Shown: positions 20,346 through 31,747 of the stretch, in pieces
Position numbering within the stretch: the first letter of the stretch is position 1
How the letters are laid out: each line of letters opens with the position of its first letter
Source of the DNA: Bryobacterales bacterium
GTDB taxonomy: Bacteria > Acidobacteriota > Terriglobia > Bryobacterales > UBA6623
Length of the DNA stretch: 64,000 nt
Direction: 5' to 3'
Assembly: GCA_041394905.1 (NCBI GenBank)
Contig: JAWKHJ010000004.1
Coordinates: forward strand, 398,952-462,951
Notes under the pieces: model-generated
Told to the model about the DNA's origin: nothing
Database searches by the model: none
The model's input: the letters and a program-made list of their open reading frames with translations, nothing else
Position numbers and translations under genes: made by a program

Positions 20346-20726
20346 TTACTTCGTGACCTTCTTCTTATTGGCGACCTGACCGCGGCGCGGACCCTTGCGC
20401 GTACGCGCATTGGTGTGCGTGCGTTGGCCGCGCACCGGCAGGCCGCGGCGATGCCGCAGGCCGCGGTAGCAGCCGATCTCCATCAGACGGCGGATGTTGA
20501 GCGCGATCTCCTTCCGCAGATCACCCTCGACCGCACCCTCGTCTTCGAGGAGTTTGCGCAGCGCGGTGATCTCGTTGTCGTCGATGTCGCCCATCGGCTT
20601 GTCGAACGGGATACCGGCGCGATACAGCAAAGACCGCGCCCGCGTCGGCCCGATGCCGTAGATGTAGGTGAGCGCGATTTCGGCGCGCTTGTTGTTTGGC
20701 AGATCTACGCCTTCCAGTCGTGCCAT
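20346..20726 (-). CDS. rpsM: 30S ribosomal protein S13
   Basis: [24 protein letters not shown]...[23 protein letters not shown]. Confidence 0.96.
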   Translation of the reverse strand: MARLEGVDLPNNKRAEIALTYIYGIGPTRARSLLYRAGIPFDKPMGDIDDNEITALRKLLEDEGAVEGDLRKEIALNIRRLMEIGCYRGLRHRRGLPVRGQRTHTNARTRKGPRRGQVANKKKVTK

Positions 20727-20732
20727 ATCTCG

Positions 20733-20846
20733 TTATCCTTGCCGCTGCTTGTGCTTGGGATTCTTGCAAAGCACACGCACGACGCCGTGGCGCCGGATCA
20801 CCTTGCAGTCTTTACAAAGCCGTTTGACGGAGGCTCGTACTTTCAT
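20733..20846 (-). CDS. rpmJ: 50S ribosomal protein L36 (Zn-binding C-x2-C...C-x4-H form)
   Basis: Not in the ORF track because it is under 60 aa. Manual translation of the minus strand gives [37 protein letters not shown], stop TAA at 20733-20735. The ATG at 20846-20844 makes an ATGA overlap with the infA stop. Confidence 0.92.
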   Translation of the reverse strand: MKVRASVKRLCKDCKVIRRHGVVRVLCKNPKHKQRQG

Positions 20847-21073
20847 TGTCTTACCCGCCGGAGAATCCGTCCACGCCGATCGTCATACGGCGACAGCCGG
20901 ACCTCCACTCTGTCTCCCGGCAACAGCCGGAGAAAATCGTTCGCGCGCTTTTCGCCAACGTGGGCCAGCACTTGCGTGCGGTCAGCCAACGTCAGGCGAT
21001 ACAGCGCATTCGGCAACTCTTCCTCCACCACGGCCTCGACGAGTTTCCCCGCCGCCCCGCGGCCCGCATTCAC
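20843..21073 (-). CDS. infA: Translation initiation factor IF-1
   Basis: ...[52 protein letters not shown] prefer GTG at 21073, which makes a GTGA overlap with the map stop and gives 76 aa. The listed GTG at 21091 would extend 22 nt into map. Confidence 0.85.
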   Translation of the reverse strand: MNAGRGAAGKLVEAVVEEELPNALYRLTLADRTQVLAHVGEKRANDFLRLLPGDRVEVRLSPYDDRRGRILRRVRQ

Positions 21074-21840
21074 ACCGTCGTCAGCACCCACGGACCGTTC
21101 TCCGTGACCGCCACGCAGTGCTCGAAATGGGCCGCCGGCGAGCCGTCGGAGGTCACCGCCGTCCAGCGGTCCGAGAGCACATGCGTCTCGGGCTGCCCAG
21201 CTGCAACCATCGGCTCGATGGCGAACACCATCCCCTCGCGCAGGCGAGGGTTCCGCACCTTCGGGTCCACATAGTTCGGCACGTGCGGCTCTTCATGCAG
21301 CTTCGCGCCGATCCCGTGACCCACAAACTCACGCACGATCGAGTAGCCATTCGACTCGACGTGCTTCTGCACCGTGCCGCAGATGTCGAACAGGCGGTTG
21401 CCGTCGACGACCTTTTCGATCGCCAGATCGAGAGACTCCTTCGTCACCCGCAACAAGCGCTCGATCTCGGGGCTGATCTTGCCGACCGGCACGGTGGTCG
21501 CCGAGTCCCCGAAGTAGCCGTTCAACTGCACGCCGATGTCGATCTTGACGACATCGCCCTCTTGGAGCACCCGCTTCTTCGACGGGATGCCGTGGACGAC
21601 CTCTTCGTTGACCGACGTACACAACACGCACGGAAACCGCCGGCCCGCTGCCGGCACATAGTAGCCTTTGAACGCCGCCCGTGCGCCGGCGTCCTTGACC
21701 ATTTTCTCTGCCACGACCTCCAGATCGAGCGTCGTGACCCCGGGCTCCACCCGGCCAGTCAAATCTTGGAGAATCTGCGCGACCAAGCGGCCGGCGTTTC
21801 GCATTTTCTCGAGCTCGGATGGACTCTTGCGAATGATCAT
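21070..21840 (-). CDS. map: Type I methionine aminopeptidase
   Basis: MIIRKSPSELEKMRNAGR...; metal ligands in GDVVKIDIG...GY.GD, FVGHGIG...HE, EPM. Internal ATG at 21840 chosen; the listed start is 21873. Confidence 0.93.
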   Translation of the reverse strand: MIIRKSPSELEKMRNAGRLVAQILQDLTGRVEPGVTTLDLEVVAEKMVKDAGARAAFKGYYVPAAGRRFPCVLCTSVNEEVVHGIPSKKRVLQEGDVVKIDIGVQLNGYFGDSATTVPVGKISPEIERLLRVTKESLDLAIEKVVDGNRLFDICGTVQKHVESNGYSIVREFVGHGIGAKLHEEPHVPNYVDPKVRNPRLREGMVFAIEPMVAAGQPETHVLSDRWTAVTSDGSPAAHFEHCVAVTENGPWVLTTV

Positions 21841-21901
21841 CCCGGCTCGCCGCGCTAGAAGCTCCAAAATCACGTACCCAAACCTTCAGTGCCGCCCGCC
21901 C

Positions 21902-23286
<1,385 letters not shown>

Positions 23287-23290
<4 letters not shown>

Positions 23291-23811
23291 TCTTGGCCTT
23301 CGTCTTCAGCCTTCTTGGCCTTCTTCTTCGTCGCCGCCTTCGGCGCTTCCGCGGGGGCGGCCTCAGGCTCGCCTCCAATCCAAACCACTTTGCCGCCGGC
23401 GGCCTCGATCTTCTGCTTCGCCTGCGCGGTGAACTTGTGCGCCTCGACCGTGATCGCGCGCCCCAGCTCTCCGTCACCCAAGATCTTGAGCCCAGCCTTG
23501 AGCTTGCGAATCACACCGGCTTCGAGCAGCGAATCCGCCGAGAAGGCGTCGCCGTCGAGCTCGGCCAGCCGACCGACATTGATCGTGGCGTACTCGGTGC
23601 GGAACAGGTTGTTGAACCCGCGCTTGGGCACGCGCCGGTTGAGCGGCATCTGGCCGCCTTCGAAACCGATCCGGCGGCTATAGCCCGAACGCGACTTCTG
23701 ACCCTTTTCACCGCGACCGGACGTCTTGCCGGAACCCGAGCCCGGGCCACGGCCGATCCGTTTGCGTTTCTTCCGCGACCCCTCGGCGGGGCGCAGCTCA
23801 CTCAAATTCAT
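23287..23811 (-). CDS. rplO: 50S ribosomal protein L15 (Ala/Lys/Glu-rich C-terminal tail)
   Basis: [41 protein letters not shown]. Confidence 0.95.
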
Positions 23812-23987
23812 TGTTGCACCTCGAGCAGGTGGGGCGCTTTGGCCACCATGCCGCGGATCCCTTTGTTGTCAGGACGCTCTACGACTTGGTTGATCTTCCG
23901 CAAGCCCAAGCCTTTCACGACTGCGCGCAGCTTCGCCGGAACACCGATGGTGCTGCGTACGAGCTTGATCTTGATCATCTCCGCCAT
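23808..23987 (-). CDS. rpmD: 50S ribosomal protein L30
   Basis: Not in the ORF track (59 aa). Manual translation gives [59 protein letters not shown]. The TGA makes an ATGA overlap with the rplO start. Confidence 0.9.
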   Translation of the reverse strand: MAEMIKIKLVRSTIGVPAKLRAVVKGLGLRKINQVVERPDNKGIRGMVAKAPHLLEVQQ

Positions 23988-24005
23988 GGTCGTCTCTCGC
24001 CTCGC

Positions 24006-24515
24006 CTAGATGTTCGCCGGATCGATGCCGCGAATCGCCGCGATCTCGGCCTTGTCGCGCAGCTGCATCAACCCATTGAACGTCGCCTTGATCACGTTGT
24101 GCGGGTTCTTCGCGCCGATCGATTTGGTCAGCACGTTGTGAATCCCCGCCGCTTCAACCACCGCGCGCACAGCGCCGCCGGCGATCATACCCTTACCTTC
24201 GCGGGCCGGTTTGAGCAGCACCTGCCCCGATCCGAAGCGCCCCAGAACCTGGTGCGGGATCGTGTAGTCGGCGACGTTGACCTGAATCAGGTTCTTCTTC
24301 GCCTTCTCGATCGCCTTACGGATCGCCGACGGCACCTCTTTGGCCTTGCCCTTGGCGTAGCCGACGATGTGACGGTCCGGGTCGCCGACGACGACCAAAG
24401 CCGCAAAGCTGAGGTTCTTGCCGCCCTTGACGACCTTCGTCACGCGGTTGATCGACACCACCTGCTCTTTGAGGTTCAGGTCGGTCGGATCGATGATCTC
24501 GCGGTGTTCCAGCAT
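24006..24515 (-). CDS. rpsE: 30S ribosomal protein S5
   Basis: [42 protein letters not shown]. Confidence 0.96.
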   Translation of the reverse strand: MLEHREIIDPTDLNLKEQVVSINRVTKVVKGGKNLSFAALVVVGDPDRHIVGYAKGKAKEVPSAIRKAIEKAKKNLIQVNVADYTIPHQVLGRFGSGQVLLKPAREGKGMIAGGAVRAVVEAAGIHNVLTKSIGAKNPHNVIKATFNGLMQLRDKAEIAAIRGIDPANI

Positions 24516-24542
24516 CGTTAAATCTTTCCGTCGGTCGTCTTG

Positions 24543-24905
24543 CTAAAACTTCAGCCCGGCTTCGCGCGCGGCGTCGGCCAGAGCCTTGATGCGCCCGTGG
24601 TAGCGGTTACCGCCGCGGTCGAACACGACCGCTTCGACTCCGGCAGCCTTGGCGCGCTCGGCTACCAACTGGCCGATCTTCTTCGCCGCATCGACGTTGC
24701 CGCCGTAGCTGACGCCCAAATCCTTGTCGCGCGTGCTCGCGGAAGCGACCGTCTTGCCGGCCACGTCGTCGATCACCTGCGCGTAGATGTGCTTGAGCGA
24801 ACGAAACACAGCCAGACGCGGACGCGCGGCGTCGCCCGAGACCCTTTTGCGGATCCGCGTATGCACGTTGTGTCGGATCGTCTTCCGATTCGGCGGCGTG
24901 TACAT
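24543..24905 (-). CDS. rplR: 50S ribosomal protein L18
   Basis: [20 protein letters not shown]...[22 protein letters not shown]. Confidence 0.95.
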   Translation of the reverse strand: MYTPPNRKTIRHNVHTRIRKRVSGDAARPRLAVFRSLKHIYAQVIDDVAGKTVASASTRDKDLGVSYGGNVDAAKKIGQLVAERAKAAGVEAVVFDRGGNRYHGRIKALADAAREAGLKF

Positions 24906-24947
24906 GCTCTTGCCCTCTTCCTAGAACTCTCTGCTTGGCTACAAGAC

Positions 24948-25481
24948 CTACTTCGAGCCGGTCTTGCCTTCCTTCTTCCGCAACTCTTCGCCCGCGTAGC
25001 GCACACCCTTCTGCTTGTAAGGGTCCGGCGGCCGCAGGGAGCGAATCATCGCCGCAATCTGTCCGACCACCTGGCGATCAGGCCCGGTGATCTCGATCTT
25101 CGTGTTCTGTTCGATCTTGATGTCCACGTCATCGGGCATCAGCACCTCGATGGGGTGCGAGTAGCCCAGGTTGAACACCGCGACCTTGCCCGTGACCGCA
25201 GCGCGATAGCCGACGCCGACGATCTCGAGCTGCTTCGTGAAACCCGTCGTCGCGCCGGTGACCGCATTTTGCGCCAGCGCCCGCGCAAGCCCGTGCTTGG
25301 CCGCGTACTCGACGCCCTGACGGCTCAACACGAGTTGCCCGTCTTCGATCTTCGCCTCGACTCCCGCGGGAATCGGCGCGGTGAGCTCGCCCTTGGGCCC
25401 CTTGACCTTGATCACGTCCGGCCCCAGCTCCACCTTGGCGGCCGAGGGGATGGTGATCGGTGCATTTCCGATTCGCGACAT
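24948..25481 (-). CDS. rplF: 50S ribosomal protein L6
   Basis: MSRIGNAPI.IP..V......V.VKGPKGEL...; ...PEPYKGKG-like PDPYKQKGVRYAGE. Confidence 0.95.
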   Translation of the reverse strand: MSRIGNAPITIPSAAKVELGPDVIKVKGPKGELTAPIPAGVEAKIEDGQLVLSRQGVEYAAKHGLARALAQNAVTGATTGFTKQLEIVGVGYRAAVTGKVAVFNLGYSHPIEVLMPDDVDIKIEQNTKIEITGPDRQVVGQIAAMIRSLRPPDPYKQKGVRYAGEELRKKEGKTGSK

Positions 25482-25507
25482 GACGTTCGTTCCCTAGTTC
25501 GATCTTC

Positions 25508-25903
25508 TTAGTAGATGCTGCAGAGGACTTCGCCCCCGACTCCCAGCGTCCGCGCCTGCTTTCCGGTCATCACGCCGCGCGAGGTCGTCAGGATGTTGAT
25601 GCCCATGCCGCCAATCACCGACGGGATGTGCTGCGCGTTCACATAAACCCGGCAGCCGGGCTTAGACACACGTTCGATCTTCGTCATCACCGGCCGGCGA
25701 TCCGGGCGGTACTTCAAATACACCTTGATGGTGCGCTTGCCGTCATCGTCAGCCACACGGTAGTTCGCGACGTAGCCTTCCTCTTTGAGGATGCGCGCGA
25801 GCTCGACCTTGAGCTTCGACGCCGGGATGTCGACGCGCGGGTGATTCACGCTCATCGCATTGCGAATGCGCGTGAGGAAGTCGGCGATCGGGTCGGTCAT
25901 CAT
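25508..25903 (-). CDS. rpsH: 30S ribosomal protein S8
   Basis: MMTDPIADFLTRIRNA......V..P.SKLK..LA.IL..EGY... Confidence 0.95.
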   Translation of the reverse strand: MMTDPIADFLTRIRNAMSVNHPRVDIPASKLKVELARILKEEGYVANYRVADDDGKRTIKVYLKYRPDRRPVMTKIERVSKPGCRVYVNAQHIPSVIGGMGINILTTSRGVMTGKQARTLGVGGEVLCSIY

Positions 25904-25922
25904 CTCGGGATCGGCTCCTCTA

Positions 25923-26108
25923 CTACCAGCTCGACTTGACGACGCCGGGCAACTCGCCCTGCAACGCCAGTGGGCGCACGCAAATACGGCACATCTCGAA
26001 CTTGCGGATGTAGCCGCGCGGACGTCCGCAGCGCCGGCAGCGGTTGCGGTGCCGCACCTTGAACTTGAGCTTCTTGCGCTCGCGCGCCATTTTGGCCTGT
26101 GTCGCCAT
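25923..26108 (-). CDS. rpsN: 30S ribosomal protein S14, short type-Z zinc form
   Basis: 61 aa with [20 protein letters not shown] (C-x2-C...C-x2-C) and a C-terminal ...[11 protein letters not shown]. Confidence 0.95.
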   Translation of the reverse strand: MATQAKMARERKKLKFKVRHRNRCRRCGRPRGYIRKFEMCRICVRPLALQGELPGVVKSSW

Positions 26109-26134
26109 CGTCGAATCCTCTAAAAATCCCTTGC

Positions 26135-26683
26135 TTACTGCCGGAACGGCATTCCCATCGCGCGCAGCAGGCTGTACGCTTCCGGGTCGGTCTTGGCCGT
26201 CGTCACGATCGTCACGTTCATGCCCTTGATCTTGTCCACCTTGGTGAAGTCGATCTCGGGGAAGATCACGTGCTCCCGCACGCCCAGCGTATAGTTGCCG
26301 CGTCCGTCGAACGCCTTCGGCGCGATGCCGCGGAAGTCGCGGACGCGCGGCAGCGCGATCGAGATCAGACGGTCGAGAAACTCGTACATCCGGTCTCCGC
26401 GCAGCGTCACGCAGCAGCCGATCGGCATACCTTCGCGCAACTTAAACTGCGCAATCGACTTGCGCGCCTTCGTCACCACCGGCTTCTGGCCGCTCAGCGC
26501 CGCCATTTCGTCGACGGCAGCGTCGATCAGACGGCTGTTACTGATCGCCTCGCCCAGCCCCATGTTGAGCTTGACGTAAGCGATCTTCGGAATCGCCATC
26601 GGTGACGAGTAGTTGTACTCCTGCTGCAGCGCAGGGACAACTTCGTCCTGATATTTCTGCTTGAGCCTCGTCGTCGTCGCCAT
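26135..26683 (-). CDS. rplE: 50S ribosomal protein L5
   Basis: [14 protein letters not shown]...NYSS.M..PKI..V.LNMG.GEA...; FRGI....FDGRGNY..G..E. Confidence 0.95.
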   Translation of the reverse strand: MATTTRLKQKYQDEVVPALQQEYNYSSPMAIPKIAYVKLNMGLGEAISNSRLIDAAVDEMAALSGQKPVVTKARKSIAQFKLREGMPIGCCVTLRGDRMYEFLDRLISIALPRVRDFRGIAPKAFDGRGNYTLGVREHVIFPEIDFTKVDKIKGMNVTIVTTAKTDPEAYSLLRAMGMPFRQ

Positions 26684-26695
26684 CTTCGTCGCCCT

Positions 26696-27046
26696 TTAGG
26701 TCGTCCGCTTCTTCTTCTCGAGCGGCTGACCGCACTTGCGGCAAACGCGCGTCTTCGCGCCGCCGTCGCCGAGATTCATCCCGATCCGGACCGGTCCGCA
26801 CTGCGGACATACGATCATCACGTTCGAGAGATCGAAGTATGCCTCGCGCTCCGCAATACCGCCCTTGATCTGCCGTTGCGGGTTCGGCCGCACGTGCTTT
26901 TTGACCATCATGGCGTGCTCGACCAGAATCCGGCCGTGCTTGCGGTCGATGTCCAACACACGCCCGCGCTTGCCCGCATCCCTGCCGGCAATCACTTCGA
27001 CGGTGTCATCGCGGACCAGCCGCGTTTTCACTCTTGGTTCCGCCAT
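26696..27046 (-). CDS. rplX: 50S ribosomal protein L24 with C-terminal Cys4 zinc-ribbon insert
   Basis: KOW region VRDDTVEVIAGRDAGKRGRVL, then CPQCGPV...x16...CRKCGQPL. Internal ATG at 27046 chosen, downstream of the rplN stop at 27063; the listed start is 27082. Confidence 0.92.
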   Translation of the reverse strand: MAEPRVKTRLVRDDTVEVIAGRDAGKRGRVLDIDRKHGRILVEHAMMVKKHVRPNPQRQIKGGIAEREAYFDLSNVMIVCPQCGPVRIGMNLGDGGAKTRVCRKCGQPLEKKKRTT

Positions 27047-27062
27047 GGTTCCTTCCAAGCTC

Positions 27063-27431
27063 CTAAAGCACCTCGGGCGCAAGCGAGACGATTTTCATGA
27101 AGCGCTTGTCGCGCAACTCGCGCGCAACAGGCCCGAACACGCGCGTCCCCACCGGCTCGCCGATGTCGTTGACCAGCACTGCCGCATTCTGATCGAAGCG
27201 GATGTAGGTGCCGTCCTTGCGCCGCGTCTCCTTGCGCATTCTCACGATCACGGCCTTCACGACCGCGCCCTTCTTCACGTTTCCATCCGGCGAAGCTTCC
27301 TTGACCGATGCGGTCACGATGTCGCCCAAGCCGGCCTTGTCGCCGACGTTGCCCCCGCGCGGCAGAATACACTGCAGCTTGCGGGCGCCCGAGTTGTCGG
27401 CTACTTCGAGCCGAGTTTGCATTCCGATCAT
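27063..27431 (-). CDS. rplN: 50S ribosomal protein L14
   Basis: [22 protein letters not shown].... Confidence 0.96.
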   Translation of the reverse strand: MIGMQTRLEVADNSGARKLQCILPRGGNVGDKAGLGDIVTASVKEASPDGNVKKGAVVKAVIVRMRKETRRKDGTYIRFDQNAAVLVNDIGEPVGTRVFGPVARELRDKRFMKIVSLAPEVL

Positions 27432-27478
27432 GGCGCTACCACTCCCTGTTCAAGACAAAAAGACGCGAACCGCCCGCC

Positions 27479-27766
27479 TCAGGCCTCGACGGTCTCTTCC
27501 GCCCTCTTGGCCTCGAAGACGATCTCGTCGAGCATCCAGCACTTGCGCTTCGACAGCGGCCGGCACTCGATGATCCGCACGCGGTCGCCCACGTGCGCCT
27601 TGCCCTCTTCGTCGTGCGCCAAGAACTTCTTCTTGCGTTGCACTACGCGGCGGTAGAGCGGATGGGCGACGCGCCGAGTCACCTCGACCACGATCGTCTT
27701 CTCCATCTTGGTCGACACCACCTCGCCGACCTTTGAATTCTTGTGCGGCTTGCGCTCTTCCGACAT
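27479..27766 (-). CDS. rpsQ: 30S ribosomal protein S17
   Basis: GEVVSTKMEKTIVVEV.RRV.HPLY.R.V.R.KKF.AHDE. Confidence 0.95.
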   Translation of the reverse strand: MSEERKPHKNSKVGEVVSTKMEKTIVVEVTRRVAHPLYRRVVQRKKKFLAHDEEGKAHVGDRVRIIECRPLSKRKCWMLDEIVFEAKRAEETVEA

Positions 27767-27771
27767 CTTGG

Positions 27772-27972
27772 TTAGTTCGCTCCTGCGAGCTCGTTCTGGC
27801 GTCGCACCGTCATCAGGCGCGCCAAATCCTTCTTGAGCGCGCGATACTTCTTGATCCCGTCCGTCTGCCCCATCGTGATCTGGAACTTCAGACGGAAAAT
27901 CTGCTCGCGGATCTCGGCCTCTTTCGCCTGCATTTCATCCGCGGCGAGATCCTGAAACTCTGCGGCCTTCAC
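27772..27972 (-). CDS. rpmC: 50S ribosomal protein L29
   Basis: 66 aa, ...[12 protein letters not shown]...G.....R.L.KD.AR..T. The GTG start makes a GTGA overlap with the rplP stop. Confidence 0.93.
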   Translation of the reverse strand: MKAAEFQDLAADEMQAKEAEIREQIFRLKFQITMGQTDGIKKYRALKKDLARLMTVRRQNELAGAN

Positions 27973-28391
27973 AGCAAACCTCCCGACTCACGGCTGACGA
28001 ACTTCACCGGGATCGGCAGCTTCCGCGCCGCCAGATCCATCGCGCGCTTGGCCAAATCCTCCGGCACGCCCTCGAGCTCGAACATCACCTTGCCCGGCTT
28101 GACCACGGCCACCCAACCTTCAGGGGCGCCCTTACCTTTACCCATGCGGACCTCGGCGGGCTTCTTGGTGATCGGCTTGTGCGGGAAGATGCGAATCCAC
28201 AACTTCGCGCCGCGCTTGACGTGCCGCGTGATCGCCACGCGAGCCGCCTCGATCTGCCGGTCGGTGATCCAAGCCGCCTCCAGCGCCTTCAAGCCGAAAT
28301 CGCCGAAGTCGAGACTGGAGCCGCGCCAGGCCTTGCCGCGCCGGCGGCCGCGCATCACCTTGCGGTGCTTGACTTTGCGTGGCATCAACAT
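27969..28391 (-). CDS. rplP: 50S ribosomal protein L16
   Basis: [23 protein letters not shown]...[23 protein letters not shown]. Confidence 0.96.
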   Translation of the reverse strand: MLMPRKVKHRKVMRGRRRGKAWRGSSLDFGDFGLKALEAAWITDRQIEAARVAITRHVKRGAKLWIRIFPHKPITKKPAEVRMGKGKGAPEGWVAVVKPGKVMFELEGVPEDLAKRAMDLAARKLPIPVKFVSRESGGLL

Positions 28392-28438
28392 AGCGGTCGT
28401 CCTCTCTTCCTAAAAACCCTTTTCCCTTGACTAGGCTT

Positions 28439-29311
28439 CTAGCCTTCGTTCGTACCTTCGGGAGCGCTCGGCGCCACCGGCGGCCGCACGGGCGCGGCAG
28501 CTTCCGACTGAGGCGCAGCCTGGGCCGGAGCAGCCTGCGCGGGCGCAGCCTGGACCGGAGCCGCCTGCACCGGAGCACTCTGGACCGCGGGAGCCGCCTC
28601 TTGCTGCGGCTGCTCGCGCCGCGGCGGACGGCGACCCTGCGGGCGACGGCGCGCCGGCTCGAGCTCATCGCCCGATCCATCCTTGCGCTCGATGATCTCA
28701 CCCTTGTAGATCCAGCACTTCACGCCGATCACGCCGTACGTCGTCATGGCCTCGCTGAAGCCATAGTCGATATCGGCGCGCAGCGTCTGCAGCGGCAGAC
28801 GGCCCTGCAGATACCACTCCGAGCGAGCGATCTCCGCCCCGTTCAGACGGCCCGAAACCCAAATCTTGATGCCCTTGCAGCCGAAGCGCAGCGCCGAATC
28901 GACCGCCTTGCGCATCGCGCGGCGGAACGCCACGCGCTTCTCGATCTGCATCGCCACAGACTCGGAAACCAACTGCGCGTCGAGCTCGGGACGGTGCACC
29001 TCTTGGATGTCGATGTAGACATCGCGCTTGGTGCGCTGCTGCAGCTCAGCCTTGAGCTTCTCGATCTCGGCGCCGCGGCGTCCAATGATGATGCCGGGCC
29101 TCGCCGTACGAATCGTGATGCGCAGCTTGTTGCCCGGCCGGTCGAGCTCGATCGAGCTCAGCCCCGCCGCCTTCAAGCGATCACGCAACTGCCGCTTCAG
29201 CTTGAGATCCTCAGCAACGAGGTCCGCATAGCCCTGCTTGGCAAACCAGCGCGAACGCCAGCCCTTGGTGTATCCGAGCCGGAATCCGTAAGGATGTACT
29301 TTTTGACCCAT
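28439..29311 (-). CDS. rpsC: 30S ribosomal protein S3 with about 75-aa Ala/Pro/Gln-rich C-terminal extension
   Basis: [24 protein letters not shown]...; KH domain and [24 protein letters not shown]. Internal ATG at 29311 chosen; the listed start at 29356 overlaps rplV. Confidence 0.94.
   Translation of the reverse strand: MGQKVHPYGFRLGYTKGWRSRWFAKQGYADLVAEDLKLKRQLRDRLKAAGLSSIELDRPGNKLRITIRTARPGIIIGRRGAEIEKLKAELQQRTKRDVYIDIQEVHRPELDAQLVSESVAMQIEKRVAFRRAMRKAVDSALRFGCKGIKIWVSGRLNGAEIARSEWYLQGRLPLQTLRADIDYGFSEAMTTYGVIGVKCWIYKGEIIERKDGSGDELEPARRRPQGRRPPRREQPQQEAAPAVQSAPVQAAPVQAAPAQAAPAQAAPQSEAAAPVRPPVAPSAPEGTNEG
28515..28589 (-). repeat. Imperfect 15-nt tandem repeat (about 5 units) inside the rpsC 3' extension
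   Basis: The plus strand reads GCAGCCTGGGCCGGA GCAGCCTGCGCGGGC GCAGCCTGGACCGGA GCCGCCTGCACCGGA GCACTCTGGACCGCG. This encodes the ...[24 protein letters not shown]... tail. Confidence 0.75.
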
Positions 29312-29315
29312 CTCT

Positions 29316-29681
29316 CTACTCTTCCGTCTCCTCGTCGTCCACCGCCGTCTGGCCATCCGACACCGTAATCACGATGTGGCTCAGCCGGTGGAAGTAGCGG
29401 TACGCGCGCCCCATCGGCGCGGGACGAATTCTCTTTAGCCGCGGGCCTTCGTTGACGTAGGCCTCGCTGACCACCAGCTCGTCCACGTCCACGTCGCCCT
29501 TCTCTTCCGCGTTCGCCACGGCGGACTGCAGCACCTTGGCCACCGCCGGCGCGATCGCCTTGTTGGTCGTCTTCAGCGTCGTCAGCGCACGCTCGACCGG
29601 CAGCCCGCGAATCAAGTCGACCACCAGGCGAGCCTTTTGCGCCGATACGCGCACATAGTTGTGTCTAGCCGTCGCAGTCAT
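29316..29681 (-). CDS. rplV: 50S ribosomal protein L22
   Basis: [30 protein letters not shown]. Internal ATG at 29681 chosen, downstream of the rpsS stop at 29686. Confidence 0.94.
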   Translation of the reverse strand: MTATARHNYVRVSAQKARLVVDLIRGLPVERALTTLKTTNKAIAPAVAKVLQSAVANAEEKGDVDVDELVVSEAYVNEGPRLKRIRPAPMGRAYRYFHRLSHIVITVSDGQTAVDDEETEE

Positions 29682-29685
29682 CGTG

Positions 29686-29961
29686 CTATCCCTTGCCCGT
29701 CTTCGCGCCGGCGTGACCGCGGAAGGTCCGCGTCGCCGCAAATTCGCCGAGCTTGTGGCCGACCATGTTCTCGCTGATGAACACCGGAATGAACTTCCGT
29801 CCGTTGTGCACGGCGATCGTCTGATTGACCCACTCGGGCAGAATCGTCGACCGGCGCGACCAGGTCTTGATGACCTGCTTCTTGCCGGACGCGACCATCG
29901 CCTGCACCTTACGGTCGAGGTGCTCGTCGTAAAACGGTCCTTTTTTGAGCGAACGACCCAT
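29686..29961 (-). CDS. rpsS: 30S ribosomal protein S19
   Basis: [16 protein letters not shown]........[25 protein letters not shown]. Confidence 0.96.
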   Translation of the reverse strand: MGRSLKKGPFYDEHLDRKVQAMVASGKKQVIKTWSRRSTILPEWVNQTIAVHNGRKFIPVFISENMVGHKLGEFAATRTFRGHAGAKTGKG

Positions 29962-29984
29962 CTCTAAATCGAGCTCCTCAATCC

Positions 29985-30815
29985 CTACTTCTTGTTCTTC
30001 CGCCGCGTCACGATCATCGAATCCGTGCGCGGGTTATTACGCGTCTTGTAGCCGCGCGTCGGCTGACCCCAGGGCGTCACAGGATGACGACCGCCCGAGG
30101 TGCGGCCTTCGCCGCCGCCGTGCGGGTGATCGACCGGGTTCATCGTCACGCCGCGGTTATGGGGGCGACGACCCAGCCAACGCGTCCGGCCGGCCTTGCC
30201 CAGCGAGACGTTCAGGTGATCGACATTGCCCACGCGACCGATCGTCGCCGAGCACTCGACCAGCACCTTGCGCACTTCGCCCGAAGGCAGGCGCAGCAGC
30301 GCATAGCCGCCCTCTTTCGCCACGAGGCGAATCTCCGCGCCCGCCGCACGACCCATCTGGCCGCCCTTGCCGGGCCGCAGCTCGACGTTGTGAACCACCG
30401 TACCGGGAGGGATATTCTTGAGCGGCAACGAGTTGCCAACCAAAATGTCCGCCTCGGGGCCGGCCACGATCGTCATGCCGACCTTCAGGCCGACAGGCTG
30501 CAAAATGTAGCGCTTCTCGCCGTCCGCGTACTCGAGCAGTGCGATGTTCGCCGAACGGTTCGGGTCGTATTCGACCGACTTCACCGTAGCGACGACGCCC
30601 TTCTTGTCGCGCTTGAAATCAATGACGCGATAGCGCCGCTTGTGCCCGCCGCCGCGAAAGCGCAGCGTCACGCGCCCCGTCGAGTTGCGTCCGCCGGATT
30701 TCGAAAGACCTTCGGTGAGGCTCTTCTCCGGCGTGGCCCGCGTAATCTCGTCCTTGACCAGCGTCGTCTGAAAGCGCCGGGTAGGAGTCGTGGGCCTATA
30801 TGTCTTGATCGGCAT
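29985..30815 (-). CDS. rplB: 50S ribosomal protein L2
   Basis: [17 protein letters not shown]...; [14 protein letters not shown]; [24 protein letters not shown]. Confidence 0.97.
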   Translation of the reverse strand: MPIKTYRPTTPTRRFQTTLVKDEITRATPEKSLTEGLSKSGGRNSTGRVTLRFRGGGHKRRYRVIDFKRDKKGVVATVKSVEYDPNRSANIALLEYADGEKRYILQPVGLKVGMTIVAGPEADILVGNSLPLKNIPPGTVVHNVELRPGKGGQMGRAAGAEIRLVAKEGGYALLRLPSGEVRKVLVECSATIGRVGNVDHLNVSLGKAGRTRWLGRRPHNRGVTMNPVDHPHGGGEGRTSGGRHPVTPWGQPTRGYKTRNNPRTDSMIVTRRKNKK

Positions 30816-30837
30816 CGTTCTTCGTCCCAGCGCAGAC

Positions 30838-31125
30838 CTAAACCTGCGCGTACTCCACCATGCGTTGGCCGTCCTTGAGCTTGACGAACGCCTTCTTCCA
30901 ATCGGCGCGATACCCGAAGTAGCGGCCGCGGCGCTTCATCTTGCCCTTGTAGTTGGCCGTGCGCACATCCGCCACTTCGACGTTGAACACCTTGCGCACT
31001 GCGTTCCGGATATCCGTCTTGGTCGCGTTCCGGTGAACACGGAAGGACATCGTGAGCTGCTCGGCGCGCAGCGTCTCGCTCTTTTCGGTGACCAGCGGTC
31101 CGCGAATGACTTCGTAGGGACTCAT
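30838..31125 (-). CDS. rplW: 50S ribosomal protein L23
   Basis: 95 aa. I.GPLVTEKS......L.F.V...A.K..I..AV.K.F.V.V..V.T. Confidence 0.94.
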   Translation of the reverse strand: MSPYEVIRGPLVTEKSETLRAEQLTMSFRVHRNATKTDIRNAVRKVFNVEVADVRTANYKGKMKRRGRYFGYRADWKKAFVKLKDGQRMVEYAQV

Positions 31126-31745
31126 CGCAAAACCTCGTTGCAGGACTCAACCGTAGCCTGCGAGAACAGAATGCGCTCGTGGCCCAGCAGATGATACGGA
31201 TGCATCTCGCGACCCGAGACCAAGGTCACGTTCGGGATGTTGCGGCTGGCAAGCTCCAGGTTCCGCGCATCGCCGTTGTTGACCAACAAGGTCTTGCCGC
31301 TCGCCTCGAGAGCGCCGAGAATCTTCGCGAGCTCGCCCGTCTTGTGGCTGGAGAGCTCGAAATCTTTCACGACCTTGATCGCGCCGTCCGCCAGCTTCGC
31401 CGAAAGAGCCGAGCGCAGCGCGCCCAACTGCTCCTTCTTGTTCAGCTTGAAGGCATAGCTGCGGGGCTTCGGGCCGTGCACGGTGCCGCCATGGCGCCAA
31501 ATCGGCGACCGCACCGAACCCATGCGCGCCCGGCCGGTTCCCTTCTGGCGCCAGAGCTTCTTGCCCGAGCCTGAAACCTCGTGCCGCACCTTCGTGCTGT
31601 GCGTACCCGCCCGGCGCTCGGCCTGGAAGTGGCGCACCGCCTCGTGCAGCAGGGCCAGATTCGGCTCGACGCCAAAGACCTCTTCGGCGAGCTCGAGCGA
31701 TCCGACAACCTTGCCCGAAAAATCAATCACGTCTATGGTCGGCAT
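31122..31745 (-). CDS. rplD: 50S ribosomal protein L4
   Basis: MPTIDVIDFSGKVVGSLEL...SGSGKKLWRQKGTGRAR.GS.RSP.WRHGG..HGPKPR.Y. Internal ATG at 31745; the listed ORF start at 32027 runs through rplC. Last intact gene before the frameshift patch. Confidence 0.94.
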   Translation of the reverse strand: MPTIDVIDFSGKVVGSLELAEEVFGVEPNLALLHEAVRHFQAERRAGTHSTKVRHEVSGSGKKLWRQKGTGRARMGSVRSPIWRHGGTVHGPKPRSYAFKLNKKEQLGALRSALSAKLADGAIKVVKDFELSSHKTGELAKILGALEASGKTLLVNNGDARNLELASRNIPNVTLVSGREMHPYHLLGHERILFSQATVESCNEVLR

Positions 31746-31747
31746 GG

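Noticed and set aside
19658-20410. 250-aa minus-strand ORF overlapping rpsK and rpsD in another frame
   Set aside because: It is an out-of-frame overlap with two unmistakable r-protein genes, and its sequence is Arg-rich and low-complexity.
20668-21858. 396-aa plus-strand ORF
   Set aside because: It is antisense to infA and map, and its sequence is Arg/Pro-rich and not protein-like.
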